Source: Aequorivita sp. | Lineage (GTDB): Bacteria; Bacteroidota; Bacteroidia; Flavobacteriales; Flavobacteriaceae | Assembly (NCBI GenBank): GCA_035307265.1 | Contig: DATGMT010000081.1 | Span: 1-52,370, forward strand | Reading direction: 5' to 3' | Length of the DNA stretch: 52,370 bases | In this document: positions 17,331-27,900 of the stretch, one piece after another | How positions within the stretch are numbered: position 1 is the first letter of the stretch | Layout: each line of letters opens with the position of its first letter | Program-made: the position numbers and the translations under genes | Notes under the pieces: model-generated | Database searches by the model: none | The model's input: the letters and a program-made list of their open reading frames with translations, nothing else | Told to the model about the DNA's origin: nothing

Positions 17331-19916
17331 ATGAAAAAACTATTATCCCTTATTATTTTCTTTGCAGTAAATATTTCTATAGGTCAAGATTTCAGTGGCA
17401 TTATAGAAAGTTATTTACAACAAAACCAAGAACAGCTTCAGCTTGAAAAACATGATATTGCTGATGTTTCTATTTCATCACAGAGTTTTTCAAAAAGCTT
17501 GAATGCATATAATATTTATGTAGACCAAAACTATCGCGGAATTAAAGTTTATAATTCAGTATCATCATTTGCAGTAAAAAATAATCAAGTAGTAAGCGCT
17601 GCTCTTTCTTTTGCACAAGATATTTCGTCTAAAGTAAATAGCACAACTCCGTCTATTTCGGCAACAGCAGCTATTGCAAAAGCGACTTCAAAATTGGGTG
17701 TTTCTTCACCAACAGGATTAAACCTCCTAGAAACAGTGAGTGATTATTCATATATATTCAACGATGGAAATATTTCACTTGAAAATATTCCTGTTGAATT
17801 GGTTTATCAATCAATGAATGAAGGAAAGACATTGAAGTTAGCTTGGGATTTGAGTATCTATCTTTTAGATGGAAGCCACTACTATAGTGTTCGTGTAGAT
17901 GCTCTAACAGGAGATCTATTGCAAGTTCATGATTGGGTTTATAGCTGTGATTTTGGCGAAGGACCTCATTCACATGCTGAAACAGAAAGCGTTCTTTTTT
18001 CTAACGCTGGAGAATCAGTTTATGCTATAGCCAATAATGCTACACCAAAATATAGAGTTTTCCCTCTTCCATTAATTGGCCCAAATGAAGGTTCTGATCA
18101 ATTGGTTACAGACCCTTCTGATCCTACTGCTTCTCCATACGGATGGCATGATACAGACGGAATGGTGGGACATGAGTACACATCTACTCGTGGAAATAAC
18201 GTTTTAGCGAAAGATGATTTAGCTGGTAATAATTATTCTGGTTCTCAAGCAGAAGGTGGTGCGGAAATGTTGTTTGATTTTGATTTCGGTTTACCTCAAC
18301 ACCCTGCAAACTTTACAAATGGAGCTATTACCCATTTGTTCTATATGAATAATGTTTTACACGATATTTTCTACTTATACGGATTTGATGAAGCAAGTGG
18401 TAACTTCCAGCAAAATAACTATGGTCGAGGTGGAAATGCTGGCGACTACGTTATTGCAGACGCCCAAGATGGTGGAGGAATGAACAATGCCAATTTTGCT
18501 GTAGGTACTGATGGAGTTAATGGTAGAATGCAAATGTACTTATGGAGTTCTCCAGGTCAAGTTTTAGGAACTTATTTAACTGTAAATGACGGGCCATTAG
18601 AGGGTGCATACTATGCTAACACAGCTCAGTTTTCTGATCTTCCTGAAATTCCTGTAACTGCTGATTTAGCTTTATTGAGCACTAATGATGATACTTACCT
18701 TGGTTGTGATTCTGCTGTTAATGCATCAGAATTAAATGGTAAAATCGCTGTGGTTAGAAGAGGTGATTGTGCCTTTGTGGATAAAACTTTAAATGCCCAA
18801 GAAGCAGGAGCTGTAGGGTTGATTATCGTTAATAACGAATCAGCAGACCCGATTGTAATGGGAGGAGATGAACCAAATATTAATATTCCAGCTATTTTGG
18901 TGTATCAAAGAGATGGAGAAGATATTATTTCTGCTCTTTTAGATGGACAAACTATCAATGCAACTATGGTTGATGATGGTTCGGGTACTGACACTAATCA
19001 AAGAGATGGTGATTTAGATAATGCGATTGTAGCACATGAATACGGTCACGGAGTTTCTATCAGATTGACTGGAGGTCGATTCAATCCAGGTTGTCTTAGA
19101 AATGATGAGCAAATGGGTGAAGGATGGAGCGACTATTTTGCTTTAGCATTAACAATGAAGCCTGGTGACAGAGGAGAAGACGTTAGAGGGATGGGAACAT
19201 ATTCACAAGGGCAAGGAGTAGGAGGAACTGGTATTAGAAGTAAGCCATATTCTACAGATTTTGCTGTAAATAACTTCACTTATAATAGTATTAAAACACA
19301 GTGGGTTCCTCACGGAGTAGGATCTGTTTGGGCTACTATGCTGTGGGATTTAACTTGGGCATTTGTTGATGAATACGGATTTGATCCTGATGTTTATGAA
19401 GGAGAAGGAGGAAACAACATGGCGCTTCAATTAGTAATGGATGGATTAAAGCTACAACCTTGTAGTCCTGGATTTGTTGATGGACGTGACGCTATTCTTG
19501 AAGCAGATGAAATTGCAAATGGAGGAGCTAACAAGTGTTTAATTTGGCATGCATTTGCTAGAAGAGGCCTTGGATTTAGTGCTACTCAAGGAAATACAAA
19601 CAGTAAAACCGATGGTGTTCAAGCTTTTGACGTTCCTGAAGACTGTGCTCTAGGTGTTGGAAGTCAGGATAGCATCAATAATAAGTTTGTTGTTTACCCT
19701 AACCCATCTAATGGTGAGTTAAACATTCACTCTCGTTTTGATGTTCAAGAAGCTGAGATTACTATTTTTGATATGAACGGTAGAAAAGTGTTTGGTCAAG
19801 AAGTAGAATTGCACCAAGCAGCAAACGTAGATGCTAGCGGTCTTAACCCTGGAATCTATATGGTTCAGATTGAAGGTGGAGGATTTTCTCAAACTACTAA
19901 GCTGATTATTAAGTAA
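17331..19916 (+). CDS. T9SS-secreted M36 (fungalysin-like) metallopeptidase with FTP/PepSY propeptide and PA domain
   Basis: Signal peptide, GFDEASGNFQ, HEYGHG zinc motif, MGEGWSD, PA domain (VRRGDCAFVDK..NAQEAGA), CTD VYPNPS...TKLIIK. Confidence 0.93.
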   Translation: MKKLLSLIIFFAVNISIGQDFSGIIESYLQQNQEQLQLEKHDIADVSISSQSFSKSLNAYNIYVDQNYRGIKVYNSVSSFAVKNNQVVSAALSFAQDISSKVNSTTPSISATAAIAKATSKLGVSSPTGLNLLETVSDYSYIFNDGNISLENIPVELVYQSMNEGKTLKLAWDLSIYLLDGSHYYSVRVDALTGDLLQVHDWVYSCDFGEGPHSHAETESVLFSNAGESVYAIANNATPKYRVFPLPLIGPNEGSDQLVTDPSDPTASPYGWHDTDGMVGHEYTSTRGNNVLAKDDLAGNNYSGSQAEGGAEMLFDFDFGLPQHPANFTNGAITHLFYMNNVLHDIFYLYGFDEASGNFQQNNYGRGGNAGDYVIADAQDGGGMNNANFAVGTDGVNGRMQMYLWSSPGQVLGTYLTVNDGPLEGAYYANTAQFSDLPEIPVTADLALLSTNDDTYLGCDSAVNASELNGKIAVVRRGDCAFVDKTLNAQEAGAVGLIIVNNESADPIVMGGDEPNINIPAILVYQRDGEDIISALLDGQTINATMVDDGSGTDTNQRDGDLDNAIVAHEYGHGVSIRLTGGRFNPGCLRNDEQMGEGWSDYFALALTMKPGDRGEDVRGMGTYSQGQGVGGTGIRSKPYSTDFAVNNFTYNSIKTQWVPHGVGSVWATMLWDLTWAFVDEYGFDPDVYEGEGGNNMALQLVMDGLKLQPCSPGFVDGRDAILEADEIANGGANKCLIWHAFARRGLGFSATQGNTNSKTDGVQAFDVPEDCALGVGSQDSINNKFVVYPNPSNGELNIHSRFDVQEAEITIFDMNGRKVFGQEVELHQAANVDASGLNPGIYMVQIEGGGFSQTTKLIIK

Positions 19917-19930
19917 TAAATCAGAATAAG

Positions 19931-19970
19931 AAATAAAAAATGGAGGCCTTTTGGCCTCCATTTTTGTTTT
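19931..19970. terminator. Bidirectional intrinsic terminator between M36 gene and dxs
   Basis: AAAAAATGGAGGCC-TTTT-GGCCTCCATTTTT. Confidence 0.88.
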
Positions 19971-20054
19971 ATAAACTAGAGAGTTTACTCAATCTAGGCG
20001 GTAAACACTCCATACTCGAGAAGCTGAGCTGTCTTAAGTCTTAGTCGGGAGAGA

Positions 20055-21827
20055 CTAATTAAGTAGTCTATGTTTTATTTTCTCAGCAGAAATTCCAACT
20101 AAATCTTGAAGCTCTTCCACAGTTCCATGATCAGGAAAAATGTCGGGAATACCAAGTACTTCAACTTTTGTTGAATAATTGTTTTTTGAAGCAAACTCCA
20201 AAACAGAAGCGCCCAACCCTCCTTTTATAGTGCCGTCCTCTACTGTTATTATACGTTTATATACTCTAAAAGCTTCATGGAGTATATCTTCATCTATAGG
20301 CTTAAGAAAACGCATGTCTATACAGCCTACAGTGTCTTGTGTGGATTTCGGTATCGCTGATATGGCTGTTAGTGCATTTGTACACATATTGCCTAAACAT
20401 AAAACAACTGTTTCAGTTCCCTTCTTTAATATTTGAGCTTTACCAATTTCTATAGCCTTAAAAGGTTTTTGCCAATCCATAATGTTTCCTCTGCCTCTCG
20501 GATAGCGTATGAAAATAGGAAGGTCTAACCCAAGTTGAGCTGTGTATAGGATATTCCGAAGTTCTATTTCATTTCTAGGAGCAAAAATGATGAGGTTAGG
20601 GATGCAGTTTAAATAGGCTAAGTCGAATATACCATGATGTGTTGCTCCGTCTTCTCCTACTATTCCAGCGCGATCTAAACAAAATATAACAGGTAGTTTT
20701 TGTAAGCATACGTCGTGGATCACTTGATCATACGCCCGTTGTAGAAACGTAGAATAGATGTTACAAAAAACAGTGAAACCTTGTGTAACCATTCCAGCGC
20801 TGAAGGTAACAGCATGTTGTTCTGCAATTCCAACATCAAATGCTCTTTCAGGAAAAGCTTCCATCATAAACTTAAGGGAGCTTCCGGTTGGCATGGCGGG
20901 TGTAATACCAATTATCTTGTCGTTTTGTGAAGCAAGTTCAACGAGTGTAAGGCCAAAAACATCCTGAAACTTCGGAGGAATTTTAGCATCACTTAGTGGT
21001 GGTAGATCGCCAGTTAAGGCATTAAATTTTCCAGGGGCGTGGTATATGATCTGATTTTCCTCCGCTTGCTTTAATCCTTTTCCTTTGGTAGTAATCAAAT
21101 GAAGGAGTTTAGGTCCATTGACGTTTTTTAGTCGAGTTAACTCTTTAATTACTAAATCTATATCATGACCATCTATAGGACCTGAATACTTGAAGTTTAA
21201 AGCTTCAAAGATATTATCTGATGATGGGACTTTATTTGTCTTAACTTTCGTGAAATAATTTTTGAGCGCTCCAACACTCGGATCTATTCCTATGGCATTA
21301 TCATTCAAAATGACCAAAATGTTGCTATCTGTGTCTCCCGCATGATTTAAAGCTTCAAAAGCCATCCCACTAGCAATAGAAGCATCGCCAACTATAGCTA
21401 TATGTTGCTTTCCAGTATCCCCATTAATTTTTGAAGCAATGGCCATACCTAACGCTGCTGAAATAGCTGTGCTACTATGTCCTACTCCAAAAGTGTCGAA
21501 TTCACTTTCCTCTCTTTTAGGGAAACCACTAATTCCGTTTTTTTGCCTATTGGTGTGAAACACATCTCTTCTACCAGTTAATATTTTATGTCCATAGGCT
21601 TGATGGCCCACGTCCCAAACTAAAATATCATTTGGTGTTTTGAAAACGTAATGAAGAGCAATTGTAAGTTCAACTACACCAAGGCTAGCTCCTAAGTGCC
21701 CTTCTTTTGTAGCTACAATGCCGATTATAAATTGCCTGAGTTCCTGCGCAAGTTGAGGCAGTTTATCCTGTGGAATTTTTCGTAAATCTTCAGGAAAATG
21801 AATGGTATTTAAAATAGATTTCGGCAC
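20055..21827 (-). CDS. dxs: 1-deoxy-D-xylulose-5-phosphate synthase (GTG start)
   Basis: GHLGASLGVVEL, WDVGHQAY, GHSSTAIS, GDAS...LNDN ThDP motif, DVGIAEQH, DRAG..GEDGATH. Confidence 0.97.
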   Translation of the reverse strand: MPKSILNTIHFPEDLRKIPQDKLPQLAQELRQFIIGIVATKEGHLGASLGVVELTIALHYVFKTPNDILVWDVGHQAYGHKILTGRRDVFHTNRQKNGISGFPKREESEFDTFGVGHSSTAISAALGMAIASKINGDTGKQHIAIVGDASIASGMAFEALNHAGDTDSNILVILNDNAIGIDPSVGALKNYFTKVKTNKVPSSDNIFEALNFKYSGPIDGHDIDLVIKELTRLKNVNGPKLLHLITTKGKGLKQAEENQIIYHAPGKFNALTGDLPPLSDAKIPPKFQDVFGLTLVELASQNDKIIGITPAMPTGSSLKFMMEAFPERAFDVGIAEQHAVTFSAGMVTQGFTVFCNIYSTFLQRAYDQVIHDVCLQKLPVIFCLDRAGIVGEDGATHHGIFDLAYLNCIPNLIIFAPRNEIELRNILYTAQLGLDLPIFIRYPRGRGNIMDWQKPFKAIEIGKAQILKKGTETVVLCLGNMCTNALTAISAIPKSTQDTVGCIDMRFLKPIDEDILHEAFRVYKRIITVEDGTIKGGLGASVLEFASKNNYSTKVEVLGIPDIFPDHGTVEELQDLVGISAEKIKHRLLN

Positions 21828-21831
21828 TTTG

Positions 21832-21900
21832 CAAAGATACGCTTATTGCAATTTTGTTGGCTCAATTTCATTAAATTGTTCGAGTGGACAACTATCTTTG
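21832..21900. promoter_or_regulatory. Divergent -7 promoter elements for dxs and tadA
   Basis: TATCTTTG on the minus strand at 21832-21839 and on the plus strand at 21893-21900. Confidence 0.7.
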
Positions 21901-21943
21901 TATTTCAGCATAAATACTTATCCTGCTTTTAAAAATCCATATT

Positions 21944-22399
21944 TTGAATATTATTAATCCATTTGACGACAATTACTTTATGAAACGGGCTCTTCAGGAA
22001 GCTGAAATGGCCTATGAGAAAGGAGAAGTTCCTATTGGAGCTGTGATAGTGATTAATAATCAAATAATAGCACGAGCTCATAATCTAACCGAAACTTTGA
22101 ACGATGTTACAGCTCATGCAGAAATGCAAGCTATAACAGCTGCAGCAAACTTCTTGGGAGGTAAATATTTAATAGATTGTACTTTATATGTAACTATAGA
22201 GCCTTGCCAAATGTGTGCAGGAGCTTTATTTTGGAGTCAAATATCTAAGATAGTTTACGGAGCACGTGATGAACAACGCGGGTGTATTTCATTAAATACT
22301 AAGCTTCATAAAAAAACCGTAATGACAGGTGGAGTAATGGCAGACGAAGCTTCAAAATTGTTGAAGAAGTTCTTTATAGAAAAGCGAAACCTGAATTAG
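21944..22399 (+). CDS. tadA: tRNA adenosine(34) deaminase / nucleoside deaminase
   Basis: GEVPIGAV, TAHAEM, EPCQMCAGA zinc-deaminase motifs. Confidence 0.9.
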   Translation: MNIINPFDDNYFMKRALQEAEMAYEKGEVPIGAVIVINNQIIARAHNLTETLNDVTAHAEMQAITAAANFLGGKYLIDCTLYVTIEPCQMCAGALFWSQISKIVYGARDEQRGCISLNTKLHKKTVMTGGVMADEASKLLKKFFIEKRNLN

Positions 22400-22457
22400 T
22401 TGTTCCGCCAGATTGAGAGTAGAAATACTCTATTAGCCTAACGACTTTAAGCTTGTT

Positions 22458-22715
22458 TTATTTCTGTTTTCTATCTTTTTTTCTGTTTTGGTATTCGTGC
22501 ATTTTCATGATGTTTTCTTTGTTCAACATATAGTCTTGCACGTTTTTATCTTTCCATCGATGATAGATAAATAAAGGCATAACGATAAAAAATCCTCCTA
22601 CAAGTGAGAGCCCAATCATAAGGTCGCCCATAGAGGGGTCATCTGGCTTTACATAAAAGCCAAGCCCTAGAAGTATTGTAACCGAGAAAAAGAGAATCTT
22701 TATAAAAAGTCCCAT
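22458..22715 (-). CDS. Small hypothetical membrane protein (2 TM)
   Basis: Two hydrophobic segments and a basic tail; co-oriented downstream of aspS. Confidence 0.75.
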   Translation of the reverse strand: MGLFIKILFFSVTILLGLGFYVKPDDPSMGDLMIGLSLVGGFFIVMPLFIYHRWKDKNVQDYMLNKENIMKMHEYQNRKKDRKQK

Positions 22716-22732
22716 TTTTTAATTTGTATATA

Positions 22733-22766
22733 GTTCTCATAGGCTCTTTTGAGAACCTATGAGAAC
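22733..22766 (-). terminator. Hairpin downstream of aspS
   Basis: GTTCTCATAGG (22733-22743) / CCTATGAGAAC (22756-22766), a perfect 11-bp inverted repeat; weak U-tract. Confidence 0.55.
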
Positions 22767-22774
22767 AATTGAGG

Positions 22775-24529
22775 TTATTGTTTTATTTCAACTTTTAAAT
22801 GGAGTTCTTCCAGTTGCTTGTTGTCAATAGCGGCTGGTGCATCGATCATTACATCACGACCAGCATTGTTTTTTGGAAATGCAATAAAGTCGCGAATTGT
22901 TTCTTGTCCGCCCAAAATAGCAACTAGTCTGTCAAGTCCAAAAGCAAGTCCCCCGTGTGGAGGTGCGCCATATTGGAATGCATCCATTAGGAATCCAAAT
23001 TGAGCTTTAGCTTCCTCAGGAGTAAAACCAAGGAATTCAAACATTTTGGCTTGGGTGTCTCTGTCGTGAATTCTAATAGAACCTCCACCAATTTCATTAC
23101 CGTTTAAAACCAAATCGTATGCATTTGCTTTTACTTCTGCAGGATTTGTAGCAAGAAGCTCGAGTTGTCCAGGCTTTGGAGCGGTAAATGGGTGATGCAT
23201 TGCATAGTAGCGTTCAGTTTCTTCATCCCATTCTAAAAGTGGGAAATCTATAACCCATAAAGGTGCAAATTCTTTAGAATTTCTCAACCCTAATTGATCT
23301 GCAAGATGCATTCGAAGAGCACTCATTTGCGGTCTAACTTTGTTGGTGTCTCCAGAGAGTATACAAATAAGATCGCCTGGCTTAGCATTTGTTACTTCGG
23401 CCCATTTCGCTAAGTCTTCTTCATCATAGAATTTATCTACTGAAGATTTAAAGCTTCCGTCGTCATTATATCGGCAATAAACCATTCCTAAAGCACCTAC
23501 TTGAGGTCTTTTAACCCAGTCTGTAAGCTTGTCGATTTCTTTTCTTGTAAAAGAATTTCCACCAGGAACAGCAATTCCAACTACTAATTCAGCTTGATTG
23601 AAAACGTTGAAGTCTTTGTGTTGAGTAACTTCGTTTAATTCACCAAACTCCATTCCGAAACGGATATCGGGCTTGTCGTTTCCGTAATGTTTCATAGCTT
23701 CGTCGTATGTCATTCTTGGAAATTCTGAAACTTCTACACCATTGATTTCTTTTAATAGATGTCTTGTTAATCCTTCAAAAGCATTTAGAATATCCTCTTG
23801 CTCCACAAAAGCCATCTCACAGTCAATTTGTGTGAACTCTGGCTGTCGATCTGCACGTAGGTCTTCATCACGAAAACACTTTACTATTTGAAAGTATTTG
23901 TCTAATCCACCAACCATTAGTAGCTGTTTAAAGGTTTGTGGCGATTGTGGAAGCGCATAAAACTGACCTTCGTTCATGCGTGAAGGGACAACAAAATCAC
24001 GGGCGCCTTCGGGAGTAGATTTAATGAGGTATGGGGTTTCTACTTCAATAAAGCCTTTTTCAGAAAGATAGTTTCTAACAGCAATGGTTACTTTATGGCG
24101 TAGAATCAGATTTTCACGTACAGGGTTTCTTCGAATATCGAGGTATCTATATTTCATTCGAAGGTCTTCACCACCATCAGTTTCGTCTTCAATAGTAAAA
24201 GGAGGTGTTTTTGAAGTGTTGAGGATTGTTAGTTCAGAAACTAATATTTCAATATCCCCTGTTGGAATATTTGGGTTTTTAGACTGTCTTTCGATGACAG
24301 TTCCTTTTATTTGAATAACAAATTCACGGCCCAATCCTGAAGCCTTGTTGAATAACTCTTTAGAAGTTCGATCTGCATCAAAAATAAGTTGTGTGATACC
24401 GTAGCGGTCGCGAAGGTCTACCCACATCATAAAACCTTTGTCACGAGTTCGCTGAACCCATCCAGAAAGAGTTACCTCCTTGTTAATGTCTGTGGCGCGA
24501 AGTTCGCCGTTGTTGTGTGTTCTGTACAT
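22775..24529 (-). CDS. aspS: Aspartate--tRNA ligase
   Basis: OB-fold [60 protein letters not shown] -7 element at 24611-24618 (minus strand). Confidence 0.98.
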   Translation of the reverse strand: MYRTHNNGELRATDINKEVTLSGWVQRTRDKGFMMWVDLRDRYGITQLIFDADRTSKELFNKASGLGREFVIQIKGTVIERQSKNPNIPTGDIEILVSELTILNTSKTPPFTIEDETDGGEDLRMKYRYLDIRRNPVRENLILRHKVTIAVRNYLSEKGFIEVETPYLIKSTPEGARDFVVPSRMNEGQFYALPQSPQTFKQLLMVGGLDKYFQIVKCFRDEDLRADRQPEFTQIDCEMAFVEQEDILNAFEGLTRHLLKEINGVEVSEFPRMTYDEAMKHYGNDKPDIRFGMEFGELNEVTQHKDFNVFNQAELVVGIAVPGGNSFTRKEIDKLTDWVKRPQVGALGMVYCRYNDDGSFKSSVDKFYDEEDLAKWAEVTNAKPGDLICILSGDTNKVRPQMSALRMHLADQLGLRNSKEFAPLWVIDFPLLEWDEETERYYAMHHPFTAPKPGQLELLATNPAEVKANAYDLVLNGNEIGGGSIRIHDRDTQAKMFEFLGFTPEEAKAQFGFLMDAFQYGAPPHGGLAFGLDRLVAILGGQETIRDFIAFPKNNAGRDVMIDAPAAIDNKQLEELHLKVEIKQ

Positions 24530-24973
24530 AATATATCTCGTATTTCAACTGCGCTCAATATAAACTCCAGTAGAAACCTTTTTAATTATTAACTTGTTTT
24601 ATCGAGGGTGCAAATTTAAGAAGTAATAGCCGAACGGGGGAGTATTTGATAGAATTATTAGTGAACAGAAAAACTTAGTGTTAAAAAGACTGAAAGTTTA
24701 GTATATATTATCCTGCGCTATTGATAAATTCTAGATAAAAATAAACTTTGCGGTCAACTCTATATTTTTTCATTCATGCAAAATTCTATAAAATTTGATA
24801 GAGAAATCCAAAGAGATAAACCTTATTAAATAATTTAGTCAACTATTCAATACTTCTTTATAGAGACCTGCAAGATAGAAGTCTATCAGGAATCCTTCTG
24901 CGCTATAAATCTCCGAAGATCAGGTTTAAGTTTTAATCTAATCGGTAGGCAGATTGCAGGTCATTCAAATACT

Positions 24974-27900
24974 TTAAGAAATCCGCTCACTACTAGTGGC
25001 TTGCTTTGCTTTGAGTTTCATAATTTCTTTCATCCTCTTTCTCTTATAATTTTTAATCTTCGCGCGATTTACTAAGTAGAACATTACGGGCACTACTACC
25101 AACGTCAAAAACGTTGCGAAAACAAGTCCGAAGATTACAGTCCAAGCTAATGGTCCCCAGAAGATTACGTTGTCGCCTCCAATATAGATGTTGGGGCTAT
25201 AATCTGTAAATAAGCCAAAGAAATCAATATTAAACCCAATAGCTAAAGGTATTAACCCCAAAACAGTGGTTATAGCTGTTAGAAGTACTGGTCGTAAACG
25301 AGATTTACCTCCTTCAACAACCAGCTCAAAATACTGACGTTTTGTGAGCATATCTTCTGCGTCCATTTCCAATTCATATTTCTTCCTGTCGATAAGGATT
25401 TGTGTGTAGTCTATTAGAACAATCGCATTGTTTACTACAATTCCAGCAAGTGAAATAATTCCCATCATCGTCATGATAATTACGAATTCCATTTGGAAAA
25501 CAACCATTCCGAAGAACACACCCGATAAACTGAGTACTACCGATGAAAGTATAATGATTGGTTTTGAAATAGAGTTGAATTGAGCTACAAGAATTAATAG
25601 AATTCCACCTAAAGCAAAGAAAAGAGCCAATACTAAAAAGCTCATATTGTCTTCCTGTTTTTCTTGCTCTCCTGTAAACGCTAATACAACGTCTCGAGGC
25701 AATTCATAGTTTTGAAGTTCAGCTTTGAGGTCGTTGACAATTTGGTTTCCGTTATAATCGCCTAATACGTTTGAATATAGAGTAATAGTTCTCTTTAAAT
25801 TTTTACGTTTTATAGAACTAAAAGAAGCAGTATTTACCTTAGAAATTACAGATGAAATTGGCACTTGTACAATCTTACCTTGATTGTTTCTAAAAGTAAT
25901 TGGTTGATTAAACAAGATACTTTCGTTGTATCGATACTCATCGGCTAACCGAACGTTTATTTCGTAATCTTCGTCGTCTTCTTTAAAAGTAGAGGCTTCT
26001 TCACCAAAAATAGCTCTTCTTAATGTTTGCCCTATTTGTCCAGATGAAATTCCAAGCTGACCTGCTTTTTCACGGTCTACACTAATATTCATTTCTGGTT
26101 TGTTTTTGTTGACGTCAATTTTCAACTCTTCTATTCCGGCAATTCCGGAGCCTTCAATAAAGGTTCTAATGTCTTCTGCCGTTCGAAGCATTTCGTCATA
26201 ATCATCACCACGTAACTCCATGTTTATCGGATAGCCAACAGGAGGTCCTGCGGCATCTTTTTCAACAATTATGGAAACGCCAGGGAATCCTTTCACAGCT
26301 TCTCGAACTTCTTCTAGAACGTCGCTACTTTTAATGCCTCGACGCAGTTGATAGTCGCGCATTGATAGCGTAACTTTTCCTTTTTGAGGCATGTCGTCAC
26401 TTTGTCCTCCATCGGCCATAGGGTTTCCAGCTCCTTGACCTACTTGAGAAATAGCACTTTCCACCATAAAGTTGTAACCATTATCATCATATTTTGAAAT
26501 GGCTTCGTAGATACGCTCCTCAACTTTTTTGGTGAGCTCGTTAGTTTTTTCAATATCTGTTCCTTGTGGATACTCTATATAGGTTATAATTTGGTTTGGT
26601 TCATTTTCAGGGAAGAACAATACTTTTGGTTGTGCAATTCCCACAAGAATAAACGAAATAAAAAGCAGAGTAATAGTTCCGAAGAAAAACACATAGACCA
26701 TTCTTCCTTTCAGAGCAAACTTTAAAGTTCTCTCGTAAGCATCTTCTAGTTTTTTGAGCGATTTAAATTGGAAATACTCCACAGCGCCTGCCAAAATATA
26801 TTTGTAAATCCAAAGAAGGATGGCTGCCAAGATCGCTAAGTTTCCAAAACCGCGGAATGCAGCAATGTCGAATATGAAACCTGAAACTAATAGAATACCG
26901 CCAACTCCTAATAGAATTAAACTCCAACGGACAAGTTTTTTTCTTGTAAGTGGTTCTTCCTCTACTTTCATAAACTCTGAAGTGAGCACAGAGTTAATAA
27001 TAAGCGCAACAAACAATGAAGATGAAAGCACTACAGAAAGTGTAATCGGGAAGTAAACCATGAATTTTCCGATAGTTCCTGGCCATAATCCAAGTGGGAA
27101 AAATGCCGCTAAGGTTGTTGCAGTTGAGGCAATAATCGGCCAAGCAATTTCACCCATACCTTGAAGTGCAGCTTTTTTACGAGACATTCCACTGCTCATT
27201 AAACTGTAGACGTTTTCTACTACTACAATTCCGTTGTCCACTAGCATTCCCAGTCCCATAACAAGACCGAACAGAACCATAGTATTTAAAGTGAAGCCTA
27301 AAGCGGAAAGTATAGAGAGTGCCATTAACATTGAAAGTGGAATAGCAAACCCAACAAACAGTGCGTTTCTAAACCCGAGAAAGAACATTAGCACCAAAAC
27401 AACCAATATTACTCCAAAAATAATGTTGTTAACTAAGTCATTTACTTGGTTTTCAGTTTTGATAGATTGGTCGTTTGTAAGGCTTATGTCAAGCCCTTGT
27501 GGCAGATAGTTTTCTTGTTCATATTTTATGAGCTCCTTTATATCATCGACCGCTTCAATCATGTTTTTTCCTGCACGCTTTTTAATGTCGAGCATAACTA
27601 CAGGTTCTCCTGCTTCACGAGCATAGGTTGTAGCGTCTTTTTCTTGGAAATTTATTGAAGCAATATCTTTTAGAAAGATAACCCCGTCATCTCTTTTTAC
27701 AACAACCTTTTCTAGTTCCTTGGGGTCTTTGATTTCACCCGTAATCCTAATGTTCTTTTGAACGCCATGGGTAATTATATTTCCTCCTGAAATGGTAACG
27801 TTTTCACCTTTAATCGCATTGATTATATTGTCGAAACTCACCTGTGAAGCAGACATTTTATAAATATCTACAGCTACTTCTACTTCCTTGTCATCAACCC

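Noticed and set aside
24776-24829. 17-codon ORF in the aspS-RND gap
   Set aside because: Too short, with no supporting features.
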